Below, one piece after another: positions 47,473-54,691 of a DNA stretch of 64,000 nt. The notes beneath the pieces are model-generated. The model worked only from the letters and a program-made list of their open reading frames with translations, was not told where the DNA came from and searched no databases. Made by a program: the position numbers and the translations under genes. The DNA lies in contig JAIOPO010000004.1 in the NCBI GenBank assembly GCA_021413905.1, positions 1,597 through 65,596 on the forward strand, given 5' to 3'. The number at the start of each line of letters is the position of its first letter. Position 1 is the first letter of the stretch. Source of the DNA: Candidatus Nomurabacteria bacterium. GTDB lineage: Bacteria > Patescibacteriota > Minisyncoccia > Phycocordibacterales > UBA9973.

Positions 47473-48066
47473 ATGCAACAATTTATACAAAAAGAATTTA
47501 ATTTAAAAGATTTAAAAGGAATTTCAAATAAAAACATTGAAGAGCATTTGAAGCTTTATGCAGGATACGTGAAAAGTGCAAACTTGATAGTGGAAAAAAT
47601 TAGCGAACTTATGGCTGACCCAGAGAAGAATACTTACACTATCGGCGAATTGCAAAGAAGATTTGGTTTTGAATTCAACGGAATGAGAAATCACGAATAC
47701 TATTTCAAGTCTTTGGAAGGCGGAGCGAAACCATTGCCAGAAAATTCTGAATTAAAAACTGCTATTGAAAAACAAGCGCCATCTTTTGATGCTTGGCTTA
47801 GTGGTTTTAAAATGCTCGCTATGACTCGCGGAGTCGGCTGGGCAGTTTTGTATTACGATAAACAAACAGACCAATTAATACATACTTGGGTAGACGAACA
47901 GCATTTAGGACAATTAAATGGCTTGCCATATATCCTCGGTATTGATATGTGGGAACACGCTTACGTTTATGATTACCCCACTTCTGAAAAGAAAAAATAT
48001 GTGGAAGCGTTTTTTGAAAATCTAAATTGGGAGGTTATTGAGCAGAATTTTTTAAACTCCCGCTAA
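47473..48066 (+). CDS. sodA: Fe/Mn-family superoxide dismutase
   Basis: Supporting segments are HLKLYAGYV, FNGMRNHEYYF, and the C-terminal DMWEHAYVYDY (D-x-W-E-H-A-Y). Confidence 0.88.
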   Translation: MQQFIQKEFNLKDLKGISNKNIEEHLKLYAGYVKSANLIVEKISELMADPEKNTYTIGELQRRFGFEFNGMRNHEYYFKSLEGGAKPLPENSELKTAIEKQAPSFDAWLSGFKMLAMTRGVGWAVLYYDKQTDQLIHTWVDEQHLGQLNGLPYILGIDMWEHAYVYDYPTSEKKKYVEAFFENLNWEVIEQNFLNSR

Positions 48067-49501
48067 ACAACCAATAAGCAAAATAAATATAAATAGCTAT
48101 TGTCAAAATCAACGGAAAATTTGGCACAGCGAAAGCAGCAAAAGGCAGATGCGAAAAGAAGCTTATAGTGCTGAGTTCATAGTGCAATAAAAGATAAGAA
48201 ATATATCCAAAAGGCAAAGCTAAAATATGCCAGATAAGTCCGGCAAAACCTGTAATAAAACCAAAAATCATAGTGATAGGAATAAAAGGCAAAATCATAA
48301 TATTTGCCGGCAATGCCACTATTGAAAGATTACCCATTTTGTAAAGTATAAATGGTAAAACGAAAACATAAGCAGAAAACGTGACACACACAACATCGCG
48401 CAAGCCCCATCTTTTTGTAATCCAATAAAAATATTTTTCCATTTTCGGCGAGACGAATATCACAGCCACTGTGGCAATAAAAGAAAGCTGAAAAGAAACA
48501 TCGTATACTAAAATATACGGATTAAATAAAATCATAATTACTCCTGCGAGGACTAATGCTCGCGCAATGTCATATGTGCGCCCTGTCGCGCGAGCTATGA
48601 GTGCCAAACTCGCCATCATTCCCGCTCGCACAGCCGTGGACTGCCCGCCCGCCATCACAACAAAAAGCAAAATACCAAGTATTCCCATTCCGAAACCAAA
48701 ATTCCTCGGCAGAAATGCAAAAGCTTTCATTATCCATTCGGCGACTATCGTGACATTGTATCCAGACAAAGCGACTATATGTATCGTGCCAGTATCAATA
48801 AATTTCTGCCTCATTGCTTGATCAAAAGAAGAACGCTCACCTAAAATCAGCCCGCCCATCAAAAGCGATTCTGGTTCTCGTATCGCCATATTCATTTTCT
48901 CCAAGAATTTTTCTTTCGCAGAAAATAAAATACTTTTTATAAAATTGCCATTATCTCGCGACAATATTTCAATCTTCGGATATTGCATCACATAAAAAAT
49001 CCCGTCTTTACGCAAATAATTTACATAATCAAATTCTTTACCTTGATCTGTCAAAAAATTCTCTGGTTTTTCTAAAATCCCTGAGAAATTTATTTCGTCG
49101 CCGTATTTATAATCTTCATCCAGCCCCGCAGATAATAGTATTTTTGTTTTGTATCCATTATCATCTGCCTTTATTGTCAGCTTCACATTGTTTTCTCTGC
49201 CATCTGGCTCGTCTATTATTTCTCCGTGAAGTGCCACTTTTTTGCCAAGCTGTGATTCGAAAACATACGGCGCAGGTTTATCTGCAATATGAAATCTAAA
49301 AATTCCAAAAGAAAATGCAATTATAAAAATACTCACTAATATGCCAATATTATTTTTAGAAATTAAATTAAAAAATATAAATAAAAATACAGATATCAAA
49401 CCGAGAAATAAAGCAAAGTATAAATTTATCTCAACCAAAGAACGTAAAAGAATTCCGAAAGCAAATCCGAAACATAATAAATAAAAAATTTTATCTCGCA
49501 T
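48035..49501 (-). CDS. comEC: ComEC/Rec2 competence channel protein (DUF4131 + competence domains, no MBL domain)
   Basis: 488 aa and polytopic. It has an OB-like N-terminal periplasmic segment and a competence-domain region (FIDTGTIHIVALSGYNVTIV). Confidence 0.83.
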   Translation of the reverse strand: MRDKIFYLLCFGFAFGILLRSLVEINLYFALFLGLISVFLFIFFNLISKNNIGILVSIFIIAFSFGIFRFHIADKPAPYVFESQLGKKVALHGEIIDEPDGRENNVKLTIKADDNGYKTKILLSAGLDEDYKYGDEINFSGILEKPENFLTDQGKEFDYVNYLRKDGIFYVMQYPKIEILSRDNGNFIKSILFSAKEKFLEKMNMAIREPESLLMGGLILGERSSFDQAMRQKFIDTGTIHIVALSGYNVTIVAEWIMKAFAFLPRNFGFGMGILGILLFVVMAGGQSTAVRAGMMASLALIARATGRTYDIARALVLAGVIMILFNPYILVYDVSFQLSFIATVAVIFVSPKMEKYFYWITKRWGLRDVVCVTFSAYVFVLPFILYKMGNLSIVALPANIMILPFIPITMIFGFITGFAGLIWHILALPFGYISYLLLHYELSTISFFSHLPFAAFAVPNFPLILTIAIYIYFAYWLFSGSLKNSAQ

Positions 49502-49502
49502 T

Positions 49503-49970
49503 TTAGTGAGTTATTAATTCTATTGGTTCCCCGTCTGCAAAGCTCGTCGCTATCACATCTGCGCGTTCATTGTATTTTATTCCTGAATGCCCTTCTACGT
49601 AAGTCCATTTTATTTTAAAATCTTTTACCAAATCATAAAGCTCTATCCAAAGCTCTTTGTTTAAAACAGGTTTTTTCGCCGTATTTCGCCAATTATTTTT
49701 TTGCCAATTAAAAATCCATTCTGTGATTCCCAATATCACATATTTTGAATCAGAACATATTTCAATGTCTCCATTAAACTTGATATGTTTTAAATATTTC
49801 AACGCTCCTATCGGCGCAGAAAGTTCCATTTGATTATTTGTAGCGTGGTCTGCCCTGCCTCCCAATTCATGTACCTTTTCACCCGAAATCACAATAGCCC
49901 CCCATCCGCCTTTCCCCGGATTCCCCCTCGCCGCCCCGTCTGTATAAATAATTACTTTTTCATTTTGCAT
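49503..49970 (-). CDS. rnhA: Ribonuclease HI
   Basis: Motifs IYTDGAARGNPGKGGWGAIV, TNNQMEL, SDSKYV and NERAD. Confidence 0.92.
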   Translation of the reverse strand: MQNEKVIIYTDGAARGNPGKGGWGAIVISGEKVHELGGRADHATNNQMELSAPIGALKYLKHIKFNGDIEICSDSKYVILGITEWIFNWQKNNWRNTAKKPVLNKELWIELYDLVKDFKIKWTYVEGHSGIKYNERADVIATSFADGEPIELITH

Positions 49971-49982
49971 ATTTATATTATA

Positions 49983-51758
49983 TTACATAATATCAACAAT
50001 CCTAAGCCTCAGCTCTTCACGACCGCGGAAACGAGATAAATCAAAAGTCGCCAGTAAGTTTACAGACAATCCTTCGGCTAAAGGAATTTTAAAGGAATCT
50101 AAGCCAGAGAAAAATGAAATCGCTGTGGCTTTTTTGTTATTATCGGAAAAAATAATTTCTAGATGTTCTTGTGAATTATTTTTTCCGAATTTTTTCAATT
50201 TTTCTATTTTCACATTTTCAAAAAGAAAAATAGGCTTTGGATTTTCACAACCAAATGGCGCCATTTTTTCTATTTCTTTCCAATTTTTCATATTTACGTC
50301 AGTGAGAGATAATTTTAAATCAAAAAGTGTGGGAGATTGCTTTTCTGTAGCCGAGGACTGTCTGAGCGTAGCGAGTTCCGCAGGCAAAGAAAAAATATCA
50401 CCTGCACTTTTTGCACGAATATTTACAAAAGAACTAGACAAAGCTTCCTCCAAAAAATGCACTTTTTCTGTATGCACTGTAAATCCTCCCGCGCCTTCGT
50501 GCCCGCCAAATTCCAAGAAATACTCACGTGTTTCTGTCATCAACTCAACAACAGACACTGAGCCATCTGACCGACAAGAACCTTTTATAAAATCATTCTC
50601 ATCTTTACCCCACACAAACACGGGCTTTTTATGTTCATCACAAATCTTACCCGCAACAAGACCGAGCACACCCACTTTCCATTCCGGATGCCCTATAACT
50701 ATCACTTCGTTCATTTCACGTTTCTCGAATTTTTTATTCACATCTTTCATAATACCAGCAACCATTTTTTTTCTTTCGTCATTTATTTTCGTCAAATGAT
50801 TTGCCAAAATTCCTGCCTCCGTTTCATCTTGCGTTGCCAACAATTCAAAAGCTCGGCGCGGATCATCCATACGCGATGCAGCATTAAGTCGAGGCGTCAC
50901 CATAAAACCAATATCGTCTTCAGAAATATATTTCTGATCTATGCTCATCTTTGCCAAAAGTTTTTGCAAACCCGGACGCGGAGATTTCCTAAAAACTTTC
51001 AAACCAAAATATGCAATCACTCTATTTTCTCCCAACAACGGCACCATGTCAGAAAGTGTCGCTAGCCCCGCCATATCAAGCAACCATTTCTCCCAAGAGA
51101 GAGGCGCGGGTATTGTGTTTTCTGTAGCCGAGGACTGTCTGAGCGTAGCGAGTTCCGCAGGCAAAGGAAACACAATACCCGCGCCTCCATACTTCTTCAA
51201 AAAACCTTGCACCAATTTAAAAACAACCCCAGACCCACATAACATTTTTTCCGAATATTCGTCTACTTTCGGATTCAAAATAGCATACGCTCGCGGAAGC
51301 TCTGCGTGCGGAATATGGTGATCTGTAATTATAACATCAATGCCGTACACAATAGCTTGAGCTACTTCTGCCACAGCTGTGATGCCTAAATCAATCGTGA
51401 TTAAAAGCTTCACACCGTCTGCGTCCATTTTTTTTACCATTTCCAAATTCAAACCATATCCTTCAGAATTTCTTTGCGGAATATATACTTCAAAATTTTT
51501 ATAATTTAATTTATTAAAAAAGTCATTCAATATCACCGCGCCTGGAATGCCGTCGCAATCATAATCCGCATATACCAATATTTTTTCTCCAGCTTCCATC
51601 GCTTCAAAAATCCGCACGCAAGCTTTTTCCATATCGCGCATTAAAAAAGGATCGTGCATATCGCGTTCATAATTTGGATTTAGGAAAATCTCTTTTTGCT
51701 CGGCTGTTGTAATGCCTCGTTTTTCCAATAATTCATTTAATAGGCTACTTGGTTGCAT
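49983..51758 (-). CDS. recJ: Single-stranded-DNA-specific exonuclease RecJ
   Basis: It has DHH motifs (YADYDCDG, ITIDLGI, ITDHH) and the DHHA1 motif GGHEGAGG. I prefer the start at MQPSSLLNELLEKRGI (51758). The ORF-track extension to 51908 would run across the HIT gene start. Confidence 0.9.
   Translation of the reverse strand: MQPSSLLNELLEKRGITTAEQKEIFLNPNYERDMHDPFLMRDMEKACVRIFEAMEAGEKILVYADYDCDGIPGAVILNDFFNKLNYKNFEVYIPQRNSEGYGLNLEMVKKMDADGVKLLITIDLGITAVAEVAQAIVYGIDVIITDHHIPHAELPRAYAILNPKVDEYSEKMLCGSGVVFKLVQGFLKKYGGAGIVFPLPAELATLRQSSATENTIPAPLSWEKWLLDMAGLATLSDMVPLLGENRVIAYFGLKVFRKSPRPGLQKLLAKMSIDQKYISEDDIGFMVTPRLNAASRMDDPRRAFELLATQDETEAGILANHLTKINDERKKMVAGIMKDVNKKFEKREMNEVIVIGHPEWKVGVLGLVAGKICDEHKKPVFVWGKDENDFIKGSCRSDGSVSVVELMTETREYFLEFGGHEGAGGFTVHTEKVHFLEEALSSSFVNIRAKSAGDIFSLPAELATLRQSSATEKQSPTLFDLKLSLTDVNMKNWKEIEKMAPFGCENPKPIFLFENVKIEKLKKFGKNNSQEHLEIIFSDNNKKATAISFFSGLDSFKIPLAEGLSVNLLATFDLSRFRGREELRLRIVDIM
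50321..50413 (-). repeat. In-frame GC-rich hairpin element inside recJ, copy A (93 bp)
   Basis: It shares a 49-bp core (50341-50389, ttttctgtagccgaggactgtctgagcgtagcgagttccgcaggcaaag) with copy B. The core is flanked by imperfect inverted arms whose outer 9 bp pair perfectly (caaaaagtg / cactttttg). Confidence 0.8.
51101..51187 (-). repeat. In-frame GC-rich hairpin element inside recJ, copy B (87 bp)
   Basis: It carries the same 49-bp core (51118-51166). The core is flanked by a perfect 20-bp inverted repeat: gaggcgcgggtattgtgttt (51101-20) and aaacacaatacccgcgcctc (51168-87). Confidence 0.85.
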
Positions 51759-51794
51759 AAAGACAATTTTAACACAGTTTGATATAATATTGAT

Positions 51795-52205
51795 ATGGAA
51801 GAGTGTATATTTTGTAAAATAATAAAAGGGCAAATCCCTAGCACGAAAATTTATGAGGATGATAAAACCCTCGCCTTTTTGGATATTGCGCCAGTAAACA
51901 TCGGGCACGCTTTAATAATACCTAAAGAACATTATGCAAATATATATGAAACTCCGGAAGACACTATGTCAGACATAATAAAAGTAGCTAAAAAAATATC
52001 TCTCGCTGTGAAAGAAGCAGTAAAAGCAGAAGGAGTAAATATTACAATGAACAATAACCACGCTGCCGGGCAAGTAATATTCCATTCACACATTCACGTC
52101 ATCCCCCGTTTCTCAAACGATGGCTTTGAACTCTGGCACGGTAAAAGAGCATACGAAGATGACGAAATGAAATCTGTTGCTGAAAATATTACTTCAAAGC
52201 TTTAA
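51795..52205 (+). CDS. HIT-family nucleotide hydrolase/transferase
   Basis: It has CIFCKII and the histidine triad HSHIHVIP. Confidence 0.9.
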   Translation: MEECIFCKIIKGQIPSTKIYEDDKTLAFLDIAPVNIGHALIIPKEHYANIYETPEDTMSDIIKVAKKISLAVKEAVKAEGVNITMNNNHAAGQVIFHSHIHVIPRFSNDGFELWHGKRAYEDDEMKSVAENITSKL

Positions 52206-53232
52206 TTAAATTTTTATCATTAAAAAATTTAGAAAGTTTATACCCCCTACAATGAGACAAAATTCCTAAATAAGAAAACTTTGACTCTTTGAATAAATTT
52301 TGTTTCACTTTTCGTAAAATTCTTTTTTTAGTGGAAGTTCGCAAAACTTTATAATGTGTAAGAACTACATAACCAAGAAAATCCACTCCTTGCGATACTT
52401 TTCTAATTTCAACTTTTTTGGGATGTAATTTTAATTTAAGTTTCTCTTCTAAAAATTCGGAAATTTTTGGTAAAAGTAATTCAAGAAAATATTTATCTTT
52501 TGAAACGCACACGAAATCGTCACAATATCTTGCATAATATTTTACTTTTAAAACATGTTTCATAAACTGATCAAAAACATTCATATAAACATTTGCAAAA
52601 AGTTGACTTGTCACATTACCAAGAGGAAGACCTTTGCCTTCTAATTTTTCAAAACTTTTTATAATATTTTCTAAAAGCCATTTGGTTTCCAAGCACTCAA
52701 TTTTTTCAAAAAGAATTTTCTTTAAAATTTCGTGATCTATTGAATCAAAAAATTTAGAAATATCACACTTTAATACCCAAGCATTATTTTTATAATTTTT
52801 TGTTTCTTTTCTTAAAAAACTTTCAAGACGCTCAACTCCCGCGTGAGTGCCTTTATTAAATCGGCAAGCATAAGAATCATAAATAAAAGATGGATCATAA
52901 ATTTTATAAAGTTGGCGAAAAACAGCTTGATGCACTACCCTGTCTCGAACCTGTGCTTTGTGTATATGTCTTATTTTGGGGTCGCAAACATAAAAAGGCA
53001 CATATGGCTCATTTATATATGTTTTTCTTCGTAGAGAAAAATGAATATCCAAGATATTTTTTTCTAAATTAAATTCAAATTTCTGTATATCAGTTTTTTT
53101 ATTTTTTCCACGACGAAACTCTCGCCACGCAGACAAAAGATTGGAAGTGGAAATAATATGATAGAATAAATCACTATGATGACCCCCCCACTTACTTCCA
53201 ATAAAATTATCGAGCTCCCTGTTATTCTCCAT
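52189..53232 (-). CDS. Diversity-generating retroelement reverse transcriptase
   Basis: RT motifs present include VRDRVVHQAV, SYACRFNKGTHAG and KCDISKFFDSIDH. It also has the DGR-diagnostic LPLGNVTSQLFANVY ([ILV]GxxxSQ) and YARYCDDFV (YxDD). A TR/VR pair lies adjacent. Confidence 0.9.
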   Translation of the reverse strand: MENNRELDNFIGSKWGGHHSDLFYHIISTSNLLSAWREFRRGKNKKTDIQKFEFNLEKNILDIHFSLRRKTYINEPYVPFYVCDPKIRHIHKAQVRDRVVHQAVFRQLYKIYDPSFIYDSYACRFNKGTHAGVERLESFLRKETKNYKNNAWVLKCDISKFFDSIDHEILKKILFEKIECLETKWLLENIIKSFEKLEGKGLPLGNVTSQLFANVYMNVFDQFMKHVLKVKYYARYCDDFVCVSKDKYFLELLLPKISEFLEEKLKLKLHPKKVEIRKVSQGVDFLGYVVLTHYKVLRTSTKKRILRKVKQNLFKESKFSYLGILSHCRGYKLSKFFNDKNLIKALK

Positions 53233-53562
53233 GTAAAGAGATTATATAAAATAATATATCAATTGGGAATAAAAATGCCGAAACAAAATAAATTGGGCAT
53301 ACATAAAGTGTTGGAAGAAAAAACATTACTAATACTTACTACATTAATTGATTCAGCACTTAGAAGTAGGCAAGACAAAATACAAACTCTAAATCAAGCT
53401 CGTAGAGATATTGAAGTCTTGAAACATCTTATTCGCCTAGAATATGAATTAAATATAATACAAGAGAAATCTTATATAAATTTATCAGCGATGCTTGAAA
53501 ATATCTCTATGATGACAACCGGTTGGATAAAGTCTCTCGGAACACAAAAGCCCCTCTATTGA
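53176..53562 (+). CDS. avd: Avd-like accessory variability determinant (four-helix-bundle protein)
   Basis: LYKIIYQLGIKMPKQNKLGIHKVLEEKTLLILTTLIDSA...LKHLIRLEYELNII...ISMMTTGWIKSL follows the four-helix-bundle/Avd pattern, and helix 1 needs the upstream residues. An extended -10 (TGATAGAAT, 53159-67) lies 8 nt before the ATG at 53176. The alternative start is 53275. The long form overlaps the RT 5' end by 57 nt on the opposite strand. Confidence 0.72.
   Translation: MMTPPLTSNKIIELPVILHVKRLYKIIYQLGIKMPKQNKLGIHKVLEEKTLLILTTLIDSALRSRQDKIQTLNQARRDIEVLKHLIRLEYELNIIQEKSYINLSAMLENISMMTTGWIKSLGTQKPLY
53241..53246 (-). promoter_or_regulatory. -10 box (TATAAT) 8 nt upstream of the RT start codon
   Basis: The minus strand reads ttTATAATctctttacATG. 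There is no SD, so the arrangement looks leaderless. Confidence 0.4.
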
Positions 53563-53865
53563 GGAGCTTTATGAGAAACTTCTGACGGAGACCGTTGTCG
53601 GAATTACGGTTGTCGCGATTGTCGTTGCTGATGTTGAACTGACCATTGTCGTTGCGGTTCATGTTCATCGCGTTACCGTCTGAATCGAGGGCTCTTTCTG
53701 TGAGTGTCCACCAATATCACCACATATCTTTTTCAAAATATGTTGAATTTTCCGGCACTAAAGCCGTCTCTGTTTGGAATCTAAATTCCCTAGACTCTCG
53801 CAGGCAGTTTCTATTGTTTGGCAAACTGTCATCACATTTTTTAAACGGATCAGCTTAACAGCCGA
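53545..53865 (-). ncRNA. Predicted DGR TR-containing RNA (promoter-proximal spacer, TR, 3' hairpin)
   Basis: The upstream bound is the extended -10 at 53870-53878. The downstream bound is the hairpin GCTCCTC-aata-GAGGGGC (53567-53550) followed by TTTT on the minus strand. The transcript limits are inferred, not observed. Confidence 0.45.
53583..53693 (-). repeat. DGR template repeat (TR), 111 bp
   Basis: It aligns colinearly with 53958-54068 at an offset of 375. In the VR reading frame it contains 11 AAY codons (8 AAC, 3 AAT, hand count). Confidence 0.88.
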
Positions 53866-53869
53866 GTTA

Positions 53870-53878
53870 ATTATAACA
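53870..53878 (-). promoter_or_regulatory. Extended -10 promoter (TGTTATAAT) for the TR RNA
   Basis: On the minus strand, ttTGtTATAATtaac follows the target-gene terminator directly. Confidence 0.45.
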
Positions 53879-53885
53879 AAATTGT

Positions 53886-53926
53886 AAAAAAAAGTTCCCC
53901 TTGAATTAAAAAATCCAAAGGGAACA
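53886..53926 (-). terminator. Rho-independent terminator of the DGR target gene
   Basis: Minus-strand hairpin GTTCCCTTTGG-attttttaatt-CAAGGGGAAC followed by TTTTTTTT. It may also serve as the hairpin that DGR homing often needs just 3' of the VR. Confidence 0.7.
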
Positions 53927-53944
53927 AGATAATAGTCAAGAGGT

Positions 53945-54691
53945 TTAGAAACCTACTTGACGGAGACCGTGGTCGGAAAGACGGCCGCCGCGATGGCCGC
54001 TGCCGATGTAGAACTGACCATAGTCGCGGCGGATCATGAACATCGCGTGCCCGCCTGAATCGAGGGCTGCAAAACGTGTGAGTCCTTTGACATCATACAT
54101 TTTACTAGTCTCAGTCCGATGACGAAAAGCGGCGATGATGCCTTCTTTCGGCACCATAAACTTGGTGCCGGCTTCGATACCGTCATCATAGCTTTTGCCT
54201 AGCATGTCGGGCTCGTCTCCGCCGACGTGGCACATGGGATAGTCGCCTTCGGGGCGCGCTTGCTGTTCGCGAATTGCATCGGTGATGCTGTCGTAATATT
54301 TCCATACAGCATCCTTTCCGAACTTTTTCGCATAGGCTTCAAGTGCCTGATCCTCGGTGATGTCGGAAAAAATAACCTCAAGGCGAGACATTTTTTCAGT
54401 TTTCACCGGCAAAGAAAGTTTCGTCCAGTCAACCTGACGGTTGAAGAATTTTTTGTAAAATATTTCTATCTTACGTTTTTCTTCAGTCCAGTGGTCAACT
54501 TTTACACCGAGAACTTCTTCGCAGAATTTCTCGGTCAGTTCTTCAAGCTCTTTTTTGTCACTCAAGACAAAGTGTTGCGCTTGGTCAAAACTGAAACCTC
54601 CATCGCCCAGCACACGAATAATGGTGCCGGCAATTTTAAAACCAATTGCAGACAACTGCCCCGTGGTTGCGGGTTTTTGCTGATTTGTCAT
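53945..54691 (-). CDS. DGR target (variable) protein, 248 aa, C-terminal VR
   Basis: It contains the VR in its last roughly 41 codons (...ALDSGGHAMFMIRRDYGQFYIGSGHRGGRLSDHGLRQVGF*). A strong SD (AAAGGAGGAGTCTT-ATG) precedes the start. Its GC content and codon usage differ sharply from those of its neighbours. Confidence 0.88.
   Translation of the reverse strand: MTNQQKPATTGQLSAIGFKIAGTIIRVLGDGGFSFDQAQHFVLSDKKELEELTEKFCEEVLGVKVDHWTEEKRKIEIFYKKFFNRQVDWTKLSLPVKTEKMSRLEVIFSDITEDQALEAYAKKFGKDAVWKYYDSITDAIREQQARPEGDYPMCHVGGDEPDMLGKSYDDGIEAGTKFMVPKEGIIAAFRHRTETSKMYDVKGLTRFAALDSGGHAMFMIRRDYGQFYIGSGHRGGRLSDHGLRQVGF
53958..54068 (-). repeat. DGR variable repeat (VR), 111 bp
   Basis: It has 20 hand-counted mismatches to the TR. 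Nineteen are at TR adenines (coding/minus strand) and one is at a TR thymine. It ends 10 nt before the stop codon. Confidence 0.88.

Noticed and set aside
50125-50799. A 224-aa plus-strand ORF, with further ORFs at 50337-50561, 50631-51065 and 50941-51321, all inside recJ.
   Set aside because: They are antisense shadow ORFs within a well-supported RecJ gene. Their translations are low-complexity (Ser/Phe/Cys-rich) with no motifs. Part of their length comes from the repeated GC-rich element.
51759-51908. A 50-aa N-terminal extension of RecJ in the ORF track (MPDVYWRNIQ...).
   Set aside because: The extension would run through the HIT gene promoter and its first codons on the other strand. It has no RecJ homology. 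Met51 (MQPSSLLNELLEKRGI) matches the usual RecJ N-terminus.
52189-53232. The RT could be a retron or a group II intron RT rather than a DGR RT.
   Set aside because: There is no maturase X or endonuclease domain and no intron RNA domain V/VI-like structure nearby. There is no msr/msd-type inverted repeat pair. The [ILV]GxxxSQ motif plus an adjacent A-biased TR/VR pair is specific to DGRs.
53646-53858. A 70-aa plus-strand ORF covering part of the TR and the spacer.
   Set aside because: It overlaps the TR on the non-template sense. It has no start context (-10 box or SD), and its product has no recognisable features. The region is better explained as the TR RNA unit.
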